Shown here: positions 26,443-41,200 of the stretch, in pieces
Layout: each line of letters opens with the position of its first letter
How positions within the stretch are numbered: position 1 is the first letter of the stretch
Assembly (NCBI RefSeq): GCF_009914755.1
Contig: NC_060928.1
Source: the human T2T-CHM13v2.0 reference genome, Homo sapiens
Length of the DNA: 64,000 bases
Strand: one strand, 5' to 3'
Program-made: the position numbers and the translations under genes
Notes under the pieces: model-generated
Database searches by the model: none
What the model was told of the DNA's origin: nothing
The model's input: the letters and a program-made list of their open reading frames with translations, nothing else

Positions 26443-29400
26443 AGCTACATAAAGGGCATTTGGGGGACAACTGAAGGAATTTGAATATGGACTATATATC
26501 TATAAACTATTATTATGTTACTGTTGAATTCTTTTAAAAATAGTATTAAGATTTTGTAGAAGAGTTTCTTTGCTTTTAGGAGACACAGGCCAAAATAGTT
26601 AAGAATGAAATATCATGATATCTGCAACTTACTTTCAAAAGGTTCAGCGGCAAAAGCAACCACATGAGATTCCAATATAAGGCATTAATCACATTAATAC
26701 TTATAATACAAAAATAATGGTTATAGTCCAAATGTCCTTAGTGGAAATGTCTACACAATGAGATTATAGACATTAAAATAGTTTTATGATTTTGGTTATT
26801 TTGCCTCCAAAGAAAATGTATTATTTAAGGGGTTCTTTTACAAAATGTTGCTTTTTTAAAAGGAAATATTTTTAAAGTGATTTCTTTGAAATACAATAAG
26901 CACAAAAGAATCACCAAGCCTAATGCAAAGAACAATACATTTTGGAAGTAGCATTCCAATATTTTATTTATCAATTCTTTCAGATTTAAGGATTGCATAC
27001 AAACAAATCCATTGGCAAGAATGTGATTTTCAAAACTTATATGGTTTCTTCTAACTTTGGTTTCTGTAGTGCAAACAAGAACTAAGTAGGAAAGACAGAA
27101 ATAAGAGAGTGAACAGCCAGTTATGTACTATGCAGGTTATGATGGCTGAAATCATAGATGTAAACACCCTTTAAGATATTTTGGAATAGGTCAGACACTA
27201 ACCATTTATCAGCTAACATTTTACTTCTAAAAGGCAAGAAATATTCAAGAAGGGAAAACATATGGAAGGAAAAAATTAAGTCCTGAGGCATAAAAAGTCA
27301 TAAAGATAAACTTTACCTACCACACTTTTTTCCTAGGTTCAGTCCTGGCATTTACATAAAACCCTCCCAAAACTCCTTTCCACTGTACACTTAACAATGA
27401 TCTCATGTCATCTTTGGTATATGTACATAGGTTACTGATTTGTTCTATCTCCCTGTTGCCAGACAATAGGAAGAGCAGAGAGAGTTGAGTTGCTATGTCT
27501 TAGGTCTACAAATAGGACCATTTGGAAAGGCATTTTTCCTGTGGAACCTGTCTTCTCTGACTGAAACCTATTCAGTAAGACTGTTCATTCCTGACCTCCT
27601 GGCCCCTTGACACTGATCGGTCCTGAAGAGGATGGCAATATATTGCCTGTCAAATTTATATTAGAAAGCCATAGCATAAGGTCGTTATTTTTATATTGCA
27701 CACAATGCTTTATGTCAAAGTTTGATAAACATGAAATCACATTTTCAAAGGCTAAAAAACAAGTGTCAGTCAGTCAAAAATAGTTGACCACTGTGAGTGT
27801 CTCACTGGTTGACCTTGAACTCCTCCATGACTCGGAGGTCAATAATATGCCATTAAAGAAGAAATCTCTTACAGGTTTGTGATAAGCTCATTTCTTAGAC
27901 TAAGATCTTGACATTAGAAACAATTTTAAGTTGTCCATCTTTAAACACCTACCTAGTAAATTAAAACATAAACCTATAAAGGGATCAATCTTCAATTGTG
28001 TAATGAACTAACAATTTTCATGCAATGAAATTGATGTTAGTAGGAGTTAAACATGCATATCTACTACACAAAGAACACTAAGATTTCAATAGAAGTTCAG
28101 ACCCAATAAGAGAGGCAATAAAGTAGAAGAAAAATAAAGAATGTCTGACGTTTCACTTCTATTTTATTTATGCATGATAGAAGAAAATTAGCAGGTAGTA
28201 TTATGCAAGCATCTTCAAAAGTCTGAAAGAATTGTGAAGTTTACCATTTATTATATTATGTCTATTATATACCATTTAAATATTGTTCTTAGGTTTATAA
28301 TATATCACACAAATAATTAATGCTATTCAAAGATTTTCAGTGTCAGTTTTTAATATCAGATATTAGGGAATTAAATGTAACCCAAGACAGGCTTACTCTG
28401 TTTAGATAGTAGAAAACATCACGTACAATCCTTAATTACTTTCAAAATGCACTTCTTTCCTAGAAATAATGAGTTTTGTTTGCTAGTTTTTTGTTTATTT
28501 GCTTGTTTGGTTTTGCCTTTCTGGAAAAAAAAAAAAAAAAACAGAGCGACAAAAGGAATTAATTTGTATTTCCCTTTCTTCAGTTTCTCCAAATATCAAA
28601 GTCATGAGCAGAGAGATTTTAAATGAATAACACAGATCTGTTACAGACATTTACAGATTATTATAATGACCATCCTTTTGTGTTTTTCATCCTCTGAAGG
28701 CTAAAAGTTAGCTTACCATCCTCCCAGGTATGTTCAATGGACACAAAATATATCTTATAATTTCTCAACTATGATTTTTTAAAAAGTTATATCCACCTGA
28801 ATATTCTGCAGAAGTACAAGGGCATGGATATAGGTTACTGTCCCTAAATATTTGTCGAGTATGTTTTGCAAATGTTTTCAGCCATGTGATTATCTGTACT
28901 GTGTCTTCCATATCAGATGAACTGTGACTGAAAATGCTGGGCAGCTTTATGATTATTTAGCAATCAGAATTCTTTATCCCACTTGAGTTTCCAATTCAAA
29001 TAATCAAGTTCACTACACTTTAGTGTCTATGTACGTTTCCTTACTCCCATTTGTTCAGACTTAAGTAAAGACAGTCACTGAGGGGAAAACAGCCCTTAAA
29101 CCTTATACTCAGTAACTTTAGACTCACATCTACTTGCAGGAGAAATACATGACAGATCTATTGTTCTGTATTAGCAGGACATTGTCCCAGTATATGAACA
29201 CATGCAAACTACTCAGGAAGGCCTTTGAATATTTAAGGCAAGACACTAGTGGCTCATCCCAGTGGGAACCACAGAAAAGGGGAACCTGATTAAATTTAAT
29301 GTCATTGTCACTTTTTTTTCATTGGGAAGAATTATATAGGTAGCCATAGCTACCACACTGTTCAGACAGCATGACCACAATATTCCCCCTCAGAGGTTGG

Positions 29401-30219
29401 CGTCAAGGACTGAATTATTCACTCAAAGAATGTGATTCATTGCTGGATCTGGTTCTTACAAGATTAAAAGAGTCATCAGTACATAAAATGCATATACATC
29501 CTCTAGGAGCAGAAGTAAAACAAACCATCGCAACCTTTTGATCACTGATTAGGCTTTTAAAGAATAATATGTTAAAAATTATAAATAGTTATTTGTATAA
29601 TTTAGACTGTGAGCTCAAGTATTTCCTTTCTCCCATTAAAAATCAATTTAAAGTTAAGAAGTTTTCATACAAACTATTGGAGGAGTTTAGAATGAGATCC
29701 TCTTCTTATTCTAGTCCTTCTAAAAGGAAAGTTATTGACTCGATATTTAATTATGCTCTTCTATGGTACCCAGTATCTCTGGGTAAAACCTAATTCACAA
29801 AATTGTTCAGCAACACGAAGAAGCATTATAATAATAGTGTTTATCATATACATTATCCTTTATTGAAATGTAATTTCTCTTATGTCCCTAAATTTACAAT
29901 TTTCCTTTGCTTGGATATGTATTTCTAAATGTGCAGTCATTTCTAAACATTAACATTTCACCTGGATAAACCAAATAAATAAGTTTTTTAAAGTGAAACA
30001 GTTAAAAATTAAAACTTCAGAGAGTTTTTACTTATTCATCGTATCTAATCAAATAGTATTATCTCTTACAGAAGAAAACATGCTATTATTTAGCCGTCTA
30101 TGTTAAATTTCTTAGGTGTCATGCCAAATTTCATATTATTTTTTATAAACATCAGGCCCTGCTCTTTAAAAGGTAATATAAAAGTGAATGCTAGCTGCTG
30201 CATAAGGTAGTCCACCAAG

Positions 30220-30608
30220 GAAGTAATTGATGGCTTTTGATAAATTCAAGGGACTAATAAGGAGCCTTCTCTTGCAGAATGTCAGTTCATCAGTTTAAAC
30301 CCAGTCCATGTGGGCCTGAGTGAAAGCTACACCACCTGAGTGTCACTCGCTGGAGTTTATAATGTGAACTGGAGGCAGACCCAGTCTGATTAATCATGGA
30401 CACAAGTCTACGACCCAGCACCCACCATCATAATTGGCTCCCTCATTTGAAGTCTCAGGAGACTGAATGGGCTATGGAATTTGAACTACCAACTCATTCT
30501 GGTCTCACTAGGGATAGATGAAGGCTCCCTGGTGGGAATACTTGGAGAAGCTAGTAATGCTGCTATTGTGCCTTAAACCTGTCCTATAGATAGAGAGCTT
30601 CCTCTGTA
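30220..30608 (+). mobile_element. LF-SINE (LFSINE_Vert), near full length, highly diverged
   Basis: Colinear blocks match the LF-SINE consensus as I recall it: ggagcctt; gtttaaacccagtcca; caccatcataattggctccct; agtctcag..gactgaatgggctatggaatttgaactacc; acctgtcctatagatagagagcttc. Confidence 0.8.
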
Positions 30609-31859
30609 CAAGTACACACTTAAGCACCTTTAAAATACCAAATAATTCACTCTGCATACATAGGCTTAAAGCAATATTATTTTATGGTTGCCTAAATAAA
30701 AATGTATGTGAGCTCCTTTATTTTTTTTAATCTGCTTGGTAACAATTTTTTAAGATATTAATTATATAATGAAGACCTTAATTTGTACTCTAAAACATAA
30801 TCACAGTATCATCCAGTAAAATTTTATTTCCTGAGATTGACCTCACATCTAGAATTTTTTAATACAATCTTATTCCACAGTATAAAAATATGCTAATGTC
30901 AAATTCAGAGACTGTAATTATTATTTAAATTAGATGCCTATAGAGAAATCACCTTATGGAGAGTAGGTTGTTTACAATGGAATTTATGAGAAGACAACTG
31001 TAAACAGAGAAAGCTTTGGAGATGCAACTTTGCCCCTGAAATACCAAATGATATTTTCCTCGGTGAAATGTTAAACAATGTGCCTTCAACAATAAACTGA
31101 CAATGCCTTTCCTGAGGCTTGTGGTGTGGTCACGGTGTTGATCTTGCCTTTTCTTCTTAATGTGCTCCCATACCAGAGACATTACAATGGTCATTCACAA
31201 AAACTACAGTACGGAGAAGTTTAAGATGTTTTTTCTGTAATGTTTTTTTCTTCCAACTGCAGCTGGGAGTTTACAGCTGGTGTCTTTTTTTTTTTTTTTT
31301 TTTTTTTGGTTACCTGAATGGATTTCCGCTTAACTGTACCAGCTTGCCATTCATTGCAGCAATAGGTCCAATCAGAATATTTTAGTATCTTCTGGCTTCT
31401 GAGTTACCTTTTACTCTTCAAACAGTTTTAAGGCTAGTTTTGCTAATGTGAATATTTTGTTCTTTAATGTCTTAGTAATATTCCTTTATAATTATCTGAA
31501 ACCCATATAATAACTAATACTTGCAAACAAAAATGATTGAGTAAATTTTAACTAGGGTCTATTTGTAGGAAATTTTTCTTTTCAAATTGGCTATAAACAG
31601 AAAAGAGATTATTAAAAATAGAATTAACCACAGATAGCTTCCTAATATTGCAGCTGTAAATGTTTATGATAGTTACAGAAATTGGAAAAAAAAATGAGGC
31701 ATAAAATAACTAAAATTAGGCTCTCTGCTTCTTAGTCTATATTCTATCTGGGACTAGCGATGCAAATGACAGTCCAAGGCCACTACTAGGATTGTCCAAA
31801 ACCAAATACTAAAACAGCATAAACAAGTGTTTTAATGACTCTGTAACATGCATTTTTAT

Positions 31860-32370
31860 AAAAACAATCGCTACCATTTATGAAGTTTTTCCTATGTGCC
31901 AGGCATTATATATAATACTTTATATTGTATTAAATTGTATTAAATTATATTAAATTAATTCACACATTATAAAGCCTATTGGTGTATATATAAATAGGCC
32001 CATTTCACACTGAGGAAACTAGTGATTAGGCAGGCTGGGTAAATTATCTAAGATCTGAAATGATCAAGTAGAATTTGAATTCACATCTTCCTAACTTCAA
32101 AACCCTTGCTTTTGTATGCTGTATTATACAGCTTCTCCATATGTACATAATTGGATAGTCATCACCTGTGGATTTTTTATATACTACTATCCAAATATTT
32201 TCCCTTGGAAGATTTCTCCTGGCATTTGTTAACATTGGCTTTGATTTACTTGACAAACTTCATACTTACCTGATAAGTGACCTTGGGTATCATTTTATCT
32301 CTGAATTTCAACATCTCTCTGATCTCCAAAACAAGGTAAATGAACTGGATAGGTCTCTACAAGTCTGTAT
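31860..32370. mobile_element. MIR fragments
   Basis: ctatgtgccaggca...cccattt..gaggaaact..; gtgaccttggg...tctctgaattt. Confidence 0.65.
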
Positions 32371-33074
32371 CAGTTAGCTTCTACATCATAACAAACTATG
32401 CTAGAAAAAAAAAAACTTATGTATGTATTCACTCATGATTTGGGGGTAAGAAAACTGGGTTGAACTCAGACAATGGCTCTTGTGCTAGCCTTGGGTGGGC
32501 TCAATCATGTATCTGGGGTAATCGACCATCTCAGTTTTCCTGCCAAATGAAGATGAGTTGGACACCCTACATGTGTCTCTGATCAGCTGGTATTCAAAGT
32601 TTTACTCTCATGTAGGGAGACCAGTTGATTGTCTACTGAAGCAACATGGTAAGTGAGCCATGAACCTGATCATCCTGCCAGGCTTGCCAGGCTTATTGAT
32701 ATTGTAGTAGATATAGGATTCACAAGACCAGCAAGAGAGGCAAGCCCCCAAAAGCCAAGTCCCTATCTCTATTACATTTGCTACTCTCCTACAGTTCAAA
32801 GCAAGTCACATGGCCCAGATTCAAGTCATGAAGAAATAGATTCCACTCTTAGTGGGAGGAAATGCAACGTTACACTCTAAAAAAAGTAGGGGGGGGGGAG
32901 AGTATAAAATAAAAGGGGGGGGAGAGTATATAAATGGATGGAAAGAAATTGTAGCCATTTTTATAATCTACTACAAGATCATTTCCTGCCCTAAAATCAG
33001 AATTTCTATGTTCATCTACAAGCTCTATGTCAAAAAACCCATGTGAGTAACGGAATTCAAATAACAGCAATTAT

Positions 33075-33457
33075 AGTTTACTTCAGCCAGTTCCAGCTGC
33101 TATAATAGAATACCACAGATTGGCTAGTTCAGACAACAGAAATTAATTTATCACCGTTCTGGAGGCTGGAAAGTCCAAGATCATGGTGCCAGTATGGTCA
33201 GATTCTGGCGGGGGTCCCTTTTCTGATTTGCAAATGGCCTTCTTTTTGTTGTATTCTCACACAGTGGGGAACAGAGAGAGGGGGGAAGCTCTCCTGTTTC
33301 TTCTTGTGACAGCACTAATCCCATTCATAAGGCCTCCATCCTCGTGATGTACTCACCTTCCAAAGGCCCCACCTCCTAATTCCATCACATTGTGGGTGAT
33401 TTCCACATATTTCAACATACAAGTTTAAGAGAAACACAAACATTCAGTCCATAACAT
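33075..33457 (-). mobile_element. MLT1A-like LTR
   Basis: gctgctataatagaataccaca...gttctggaggctggaaagtccaagatca...cattcagtccataaca. Confidence 0.85.
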
Positions 33458-34178
33458 AATCTGTCTGTGGCTATACTGCTCTAAATAATAAGTAAACAAT
33501 GTAGCTAGTTTAACTTGTCCCAAAACTGGTTATTCCATTGGATGAGTTTGTTTGGACCCCTTATGTGGGAAGTGGACAAGGGTTAAGTTTGCAATTATGA
33601 TCTTAACATCATCTTTCTTCTTTTAACTTCTGTTAAGATTAAGTATGAAAATACATTCAAAACCAGGATATCTACACTGAATAGCATTTTTTATGTAGTT
33701 TACAGTGTGATCTAAAGGGGCCCCAAAAGGCTCAGGGACCCCAGGCTCATAACTGAGGGCAACCCAACAATAATTGCTTCCCCAATTAGAAAGTTCTTTG
33801 CAAAATGAAAGGAAAAAAATGCTAAAAAGGTAGTTTTTCATAAAGTGAAATGGATTGGATTATATTTATAACTAATGTATAAGTATACAAGTACCATATA
33901 TCTACACATACAAAAATTTATGTATATTGCATATATAACATATTTTTTATATAGTACTTATAATTTTTCTCACTTGTTATACAGCAGTCAGGCAGATAAT
34001 GCAAATGGGTGAAATGAGAGAAGTATCTTGGTGCAATTTTTAAAAACAGCCTGAGGGGATATAGCAAAATGGAAGCAGAAGTTTCATTTAAAGGAAGAAA
34101 CTAAGTTCTTGGTCTAGGTAATTATTTCCAAATAGAATCAAGGCTCACTGTTCCTTTTTGTTTTTAAAGAGAAGCCAG

Positions 34179-34629
<451 letters not shown>

Positions 34630-34739
34630 CTATAATAGTTGTTACTGTGGATTATTTCCTTACTTGTCAATGTAGAAAGTTGGGACAAATATTTTGAGGA
34701 GATTTATTGGTCTGTGTAGGTTTTCCAAGCACAGTATAT

Positions 34740-35610
34740 TTGTTATCTCTTGCTGTGTTATGTATTACTACAAATTTAACAGCTTAAAACACCCATTTTT
34801 CTTACCTGAATCCGTAGTTTAGAAGTCCAGCATGGCACTGCTGGTTCTCTGTTCAGTGTCCTACAAGGCTGAAGTCAAGGCATTAATGGGACTGCAATCT
34901 TACCTAAGTTTCAGGCTCCTTTACTAAGCTCACTGGTTACTAGCAGAATTCAGTTCCTTGCAGTTGTAAGCCTGAGGTCCTCCTTTCTTGGAGGCTGCCA
35001 AGTGGTGGCCCTTCTCAGTTGTCACTCAGGCTGGAGTGCAGCGGCACGATCTTGGCTCACTGCAACCTCCGTCTCTGAGGTTCAAGTGATTCTCCTGCCT
35101 TAGCCTCCCAAATAGCTGGGATTACAGGTGCCTACCACCACACCTGGCTAATTTTTGTATTTCTAGTAGAGATGGTGTTTCACCATCTTGGCCAGGCTGG
35201 TCTTGAACTCCTGACCTCGTGATCCACCCGCCTCGGCCTCCCAAAGTGCTGGGATTACAGGCATCAGCCACCACGCCCTGCTCCTTCTCAGCTTTCAGAG
35301 GCATCCCACAGTTGCGTGTCACATGGCCCTCTCCACAACATGACAGCATGCTCCTGTAAGGCCAGGAGAAAAATCTCTCCACCTTATTTAAGCACTTAAC
35401 TTGATTAGGTCAGGCCTACCCTCAATCAACTGACTAGGGACCTTGATTACATCTGCAAAATCCCTTTTGCCAGGTAATGAAACATAATCAAGGAGTGACG
35501 TCCCATTATATCCACAAGTCCCAGCCTCATGCAAGCAGAAGGGATTATTCAGAACGTGTGCACCAGAGGATGGGAATCTTGAAGGACATCTTAGAATCCT
35601 GCCTACCACA
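34740..35610 (-). mobile_element. MLT1E/F-like LTR split by an Alu
   Basis: agaattcagttccttgcagttgta...tacatctgcaaaatcccttttgcca...ctgcctaccaca. Confidence 0.8.
35021..35282 (-). mobile_element. AluS lacking its poly-A tail
   Basis: The Alu body begins at gtcactcaggctggagtg with no poly-T; ccttctcag on both sides. Confidence 0.9.
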
Positions 35611-35721
35611 TATGGCAAACACTAGTTTATAATTCTCTTGTATAAGAATTTCTATTCTTCTGTTTTGTCATTAGCTTTTAGTGAAAAATGATCTAAGATA
35701 CAGTCTAAAAAAGATACAGTC

Positions 35722-36293
<572 letters not shown>

Positions 36294-37978
36294 ATATTCT
36301 GTTGTCCCTTTATGGAGTTCTATGTGAGAAATTTCTTGTAAAGCTTACTAGGAGATGTCTTGCTTTTCCTGAAAAAATAAGATTTTTTTTCTCTTTTACA
36401 CTAGAAATATATAATGGACTTTATCTCTTTTCCCTTTGGCTGCCTTGAAGCTCAAAGCCAATCTAAATGGACCTTTTTTGTCCGTATACAGTGGAGGAAA
36501 ATTCCTCCCTATTCTTAAATTCTTATTCATATTTTTATAGTGCTGGCTTTAGTTCTTGATTTTATATATATGTTTTCTCTGTGCTCATCTCAAATAAAAA
36601 AGAAGAAACATGACAAATATATAGATTAGATAGATAAAAGAGGGATAGAAAAATAATAAATTAAAGATAAATGGAATAACTAGTGATAAGAGAAAGAGAC
36701 AAAGTAATGATCATGTATTCTTCCCATTTTATAGGCTACCTATTCAATTCCATAAATGTGTATACCTGTCCTTGTACCAATATCCCACCATTTTATTTTA
36801 ATAGCACTATAAGACTTTATTGTCTAGCAGGGCCTTGTTTTCACATTGCAAAATTTCTTTCGCAAAAAAAAATCAGTGATAAAATCAACAATAATCGATG
36901 ACTTTAAATATTAATTTTAGCATTTAATATTCACTAATAAATTCTCTTCACTTTGAGCTCTTAATCAATTTTGTACTCTTTTGGAATATATTGGGTCTGA
37001 TGCCTTATAGATGTGACTTGGCCAAAATTTTGGAGGTATGATCCTTTCCTTGCTACATTCATATCTCTCTACATGCATTAGGCCAGTTTTAAATCCACAG
37101 AGCTTATATCTTTTTCAGACTATTTCTACCTTGCACTTATATAACCATATTCATTTGGCATTAGACTCCATCCTTTTATTATATGTGAACTGTTCACCTC
37201 ATATAAGGTCTCAGAAGAATTTAAGCATTAGACCTGGGATGGAGAGAGACAGAAAGGACTTGAAGGAATTAATGGTGATCCCATAAGGAAAGTGGAACAT
37301 TTCATACAAAATTTGGGTTCACCTATACACTTCTTGGAGAACCCGGTGAGAATGCCAACTCACAACAAGACATTGTTTGGGACAAATATGTTCTGGGAAA
37401 CAACTAAGCTCAAACTTGTTTGCCATCAGTTTAGTGATGATCTTGGAAGGAAGAGTAATATTTCCTTTAGGGTAATTTTGAGGACCGGCCAAATCTTAAA
37501 CCTAAGAGGTAAACTGCTAAAGATTTAACTTCTATTTTCTCACCATTTTTATAGATAGTTGGTTGAGTCTGCTGACTGTTGGGCAGGGTAGTGGCGAGGG
37601 ACAATAGGCACAGAAGAGCAAATACAGATAATGATATTTACTGACCCAGGGAAACCAAAAAGGCAATTTGAGTGCCCAAGATCTAGGCCCTTCTTGTCTT
37701 CGAGAAAGATATAAAGAACTTTATGACTTTCTAAGTCCTCCTTTTGTACTCAAAGACCTGGAGGGAATGTGTATACATAGTAAGGAGGTAATGAATATTA
37801 TTATTATAAAAAATATAATTATTCAAATCACTCTTCTATAATATACACATACCTATAGAAAAAGTATCAACACTAACTTACTGTACTCCAACTTGAGACC
37901 TTACTGAAATATCCTATTAATACTTCTGTATTGTTAGAAGAGTTGAACAGTGAAGTGTTCTACTATTAGGGTTTTCAA

Positions 37979-38227
37979 TTTTTTTTTTTTTTTTTTTGAG
38001 ACGGAGTTTTGCTCTGTAGCCCAGGCTGGAGTGCAGTGGCGCCATCTCGGCTCACTGCAACCTCCACCTCCCGGGTTCAAGCAATTCTCTGCCTCAGCCT
38101 CCCGAGTAGCTGGGATTACAGGCACCCACCACCACGCCCAGCTGATCTTAAACTCCTGACCTCATGATCCATCCACCTCGGCCTCCCAAAGTGCTGGGAT
38201 TACAGGCGTGAGCCACCGCGCCCGGCC
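37979..38227 (-). mobile_element. AluS with internal deletion
   Basis: cacgcccagctg joins directly to atcttaaactcctgac; TSD agggtttt(c/a)aattttt. Confidence 0.92.
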
Positions 38228-41200
38228 AGGGTTTTAAATTTTTAAGATATTACTGATTGCTTAAGGAGAGCATCCCCCCCACCCCAAGACATACACCAGG
38301 CTGCTGCCCTGCACCCTTGACCTAATTTTTTAGCAGGATCCAGATCTAAACACATTCTAACTTTCATCAACGTGCAGCCGTGTATCTTACCTCTAACTTT
38401 TAAAAAGAATTCTGAGGACTTCATTTATTATTCTCCTCAATGCCTAGATGATGCAAACCATATTCTTGCTGCTCAGTTACATTGACTGCCAGCAATTTTT
38501 TTTCTGGATGATTTCTGATACAGATACATTTCCTAGAAAATGAGAGGGTTAAAGTTAAAGTGTATCATTAAGGCAGAATCCACTTAACTCTTAGAATTCA
38601 ATGGAAATAAGTTACAGGACAAATTATAGTATCTCTACCATACTTTCATCTTTCAGATGAGGAGAAAAAGTGTTTTTTGGGGACTCCAAGTCCCCAAGAT
38701 TTCTTCATTTCTAAATAGCCCTTTGGGCTTTTTAATGTATACTATTAAATAGTTAATAGTGTATACTATTAAAGATACTCATAGAGACACTAGAATTTAC
38801 AGACAAAATCTGTTCTTAGATCAGCTTTTAGGAGGTGTCAGAATTATCTCGCTTTGTTTACTTGAGCCCTTTAAACAGAGCCATGTTTGGATTAATTTAT
38901 TTCTTCAAGTTTCCTTGGGAAAATGACCACAAATTGTTTAAGTTTCCCACTTAATGAAGTATTTAACAACAGATGCTATGTTTGTGGGAAAAAATTACTA
39001 GGAATGAAAAAACGGTAATTTATTTTGATAACCTCCTATTGTATATATACAGATTATCTAGATTTTCCAATCAAAGCAATTGCATTGATTTGTTTGCTTT
39101 TTGTTTGCTGTTGTCGTTGTTGTTTTAGATTGAAGATCTGTTTGGTATTTTCCTCCTCTCTAGAATTGATTGGCCAATAGTTTAGTTTAGTTTATGTCAG
39201 TTACAGAGAGAAACAGGGGTGAAGAAGAGAGAGAGTCTTCCATACGGGTTACAAAGAAAGGGACTGATCTGAAAATTAATTTTCAAAACACATTAATTTA
39301 GAAAAAAATACACACTAAGCGGTAAAATTCACTAGCTACTTCAACAACTGAAGTCAGATTAGGTGCAGTTTTTTAAATTCACTGCAGATTTCTTAGTGAT
39401 TAGATATAGTGATGAAATCCTCAAAAGATTTTGGAAGTAGGGAAAACACAGTGCCATAAAGTTATAATTGCTCTAGGGAAAAATTGCTTAGGTGACTGGT
39501 AATCTGGAGGAAGACAGAAGACTGGCCTCACACTATCACATGATTAAGATACATTATTTATTTTATATCATCAAATGCTAATCTCAGGTTCAATTTCCAT
39601 GGAGATGTCATAAATGACAATTCACAGCTACATCAAATACTTGTGGTTCAAGTTCAGTGTAAATATTCTCAATACTTAGTAGTCCTGTTAGCCTTGTTTC
39701 ATAACATGGAGTGGGAGCTTGTGGGATAATGCCTTGTACTTCTCCTATTTACTGATTTCTATTCATTTTATTATTGAATTCAACCTACGAAAAATGTCAA
39801 AGAAAACGGAAAGACTGTTATTTTTTTCCATTTTAATGATCTCTGAAAACAAAATAAATGTCAGTGTCTCTAAAGACAATTTAGTCAGTTTCATTCAACG
39901 TAGTTTTCCAAAAAGTTAAGTTACTTCTCCTTATTATATTTTTTAAAAAATTGGCCTTTCTATGTTTTTCTTGAGGGAGGAAATAGAGAATATGTATACA
40001 AAATGAAAAAAATAACATGTAAATTTAAAAATCAAATGGTCGGAAGAAAAAAGTCTTTAGCTGTCATCACAACACACACACACACACAGTGCTCCAAAAT
40101 GAGGGATGTTAACTCTGACTTGATCTTTAAAGTCAGCAAATATAATTCTCTGTACTTGTGCCTAAGAATCTCAGCAGAACTTTATAACGTACCACTACTA
40201 AGCAAATTTTGGATGATTAGGTATATCATAGTAGGAGCGAAAGAATGTAAGGGAAAAGACAATTGAGTTGGGGTCCTGTTACCGTTACCAAATACAGTAG
40301 CATCTGCATAAAGCTTGTCAGGAGTCAAAGTACTGCTTAACTCAGCAAAGGAAGTGTGGCATCTAGTGGACATTTAGTTTCTGCAATATTTTTCTGTATT
40401 TTGCAGAGAAATAGATCTGATACATGATAGATCTTTGTGGTTTAATGGTTTTGTCGTGATTGTTTTTGTTGTTTTAAACAAGTCATGTTTTTATTTTCCA
40501 CATTGTCTGATTTTTTTAAATGAATTTGGCAGTAAAATTCAAGCTGCTCATATAAAAATAAATTGTTTAGGACCTATAGTTCTACACAGTGATACTTTTC
40601 TGTGTGCTTACTTTTTATTTTGAAAATTATTGCAACCTAAGTTTCTTAAATTATACTTACATGACATAAAATATTTTTATTTTTCTTGTAATATTTTCAC
40701 AAAATATGAAAATGCTTTCACATTTGTTAGAACATTTTGTGAACTATGCAAAATATACTGCTTCATATCATGAAAATCTTACAAATCAGAGATTTCAAGT
40801 AATAACAGAGATAGTGAACTTAAAATTCACAGAGTCCTAAGATACACATGAACTTTATTTTGGAAAACAATATTTTCAAACCATGGCATTTTAAATTACA
40901 GAATTACAAAAATGTTGTAGGCTTTATTAATTTTAAGTTATTCACTGATAAAGTTGTCCCAATAAACAACATTGTTCCAATAAAATCTTCTGTATATTTA
41001 TCATGACCCCAAATACATTCACATACTACATTATAGAGTCATATTTCAAAATTCACCTTCATCTTCTTGTCAAATAAGTCAAGGTTTTTAAAAAATGTAT
41101 AAATGTGGTATTTATTAAAAGTTGAGCAATTTCAAAATAGTTTATTGTTTTTCTAAGAATTGATAAATTTTCAAGTTATCAAAGACTCTTGGCAAGCTTT

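Noticed and set aside
26213-26484. Charged or Leu/Ser/Pro-rich ORFs here and at 49927-50361
   Set aside because: Artefacts of GA-rich simple repeats that lack stop codons.
39310-39400. Short inverted repeats (cactaag...cttagtg, tgcagt...actgca); similar at 40850-40990
   Set aside because: Too short and imperfect to call a MITE or miRNA without a profile search.
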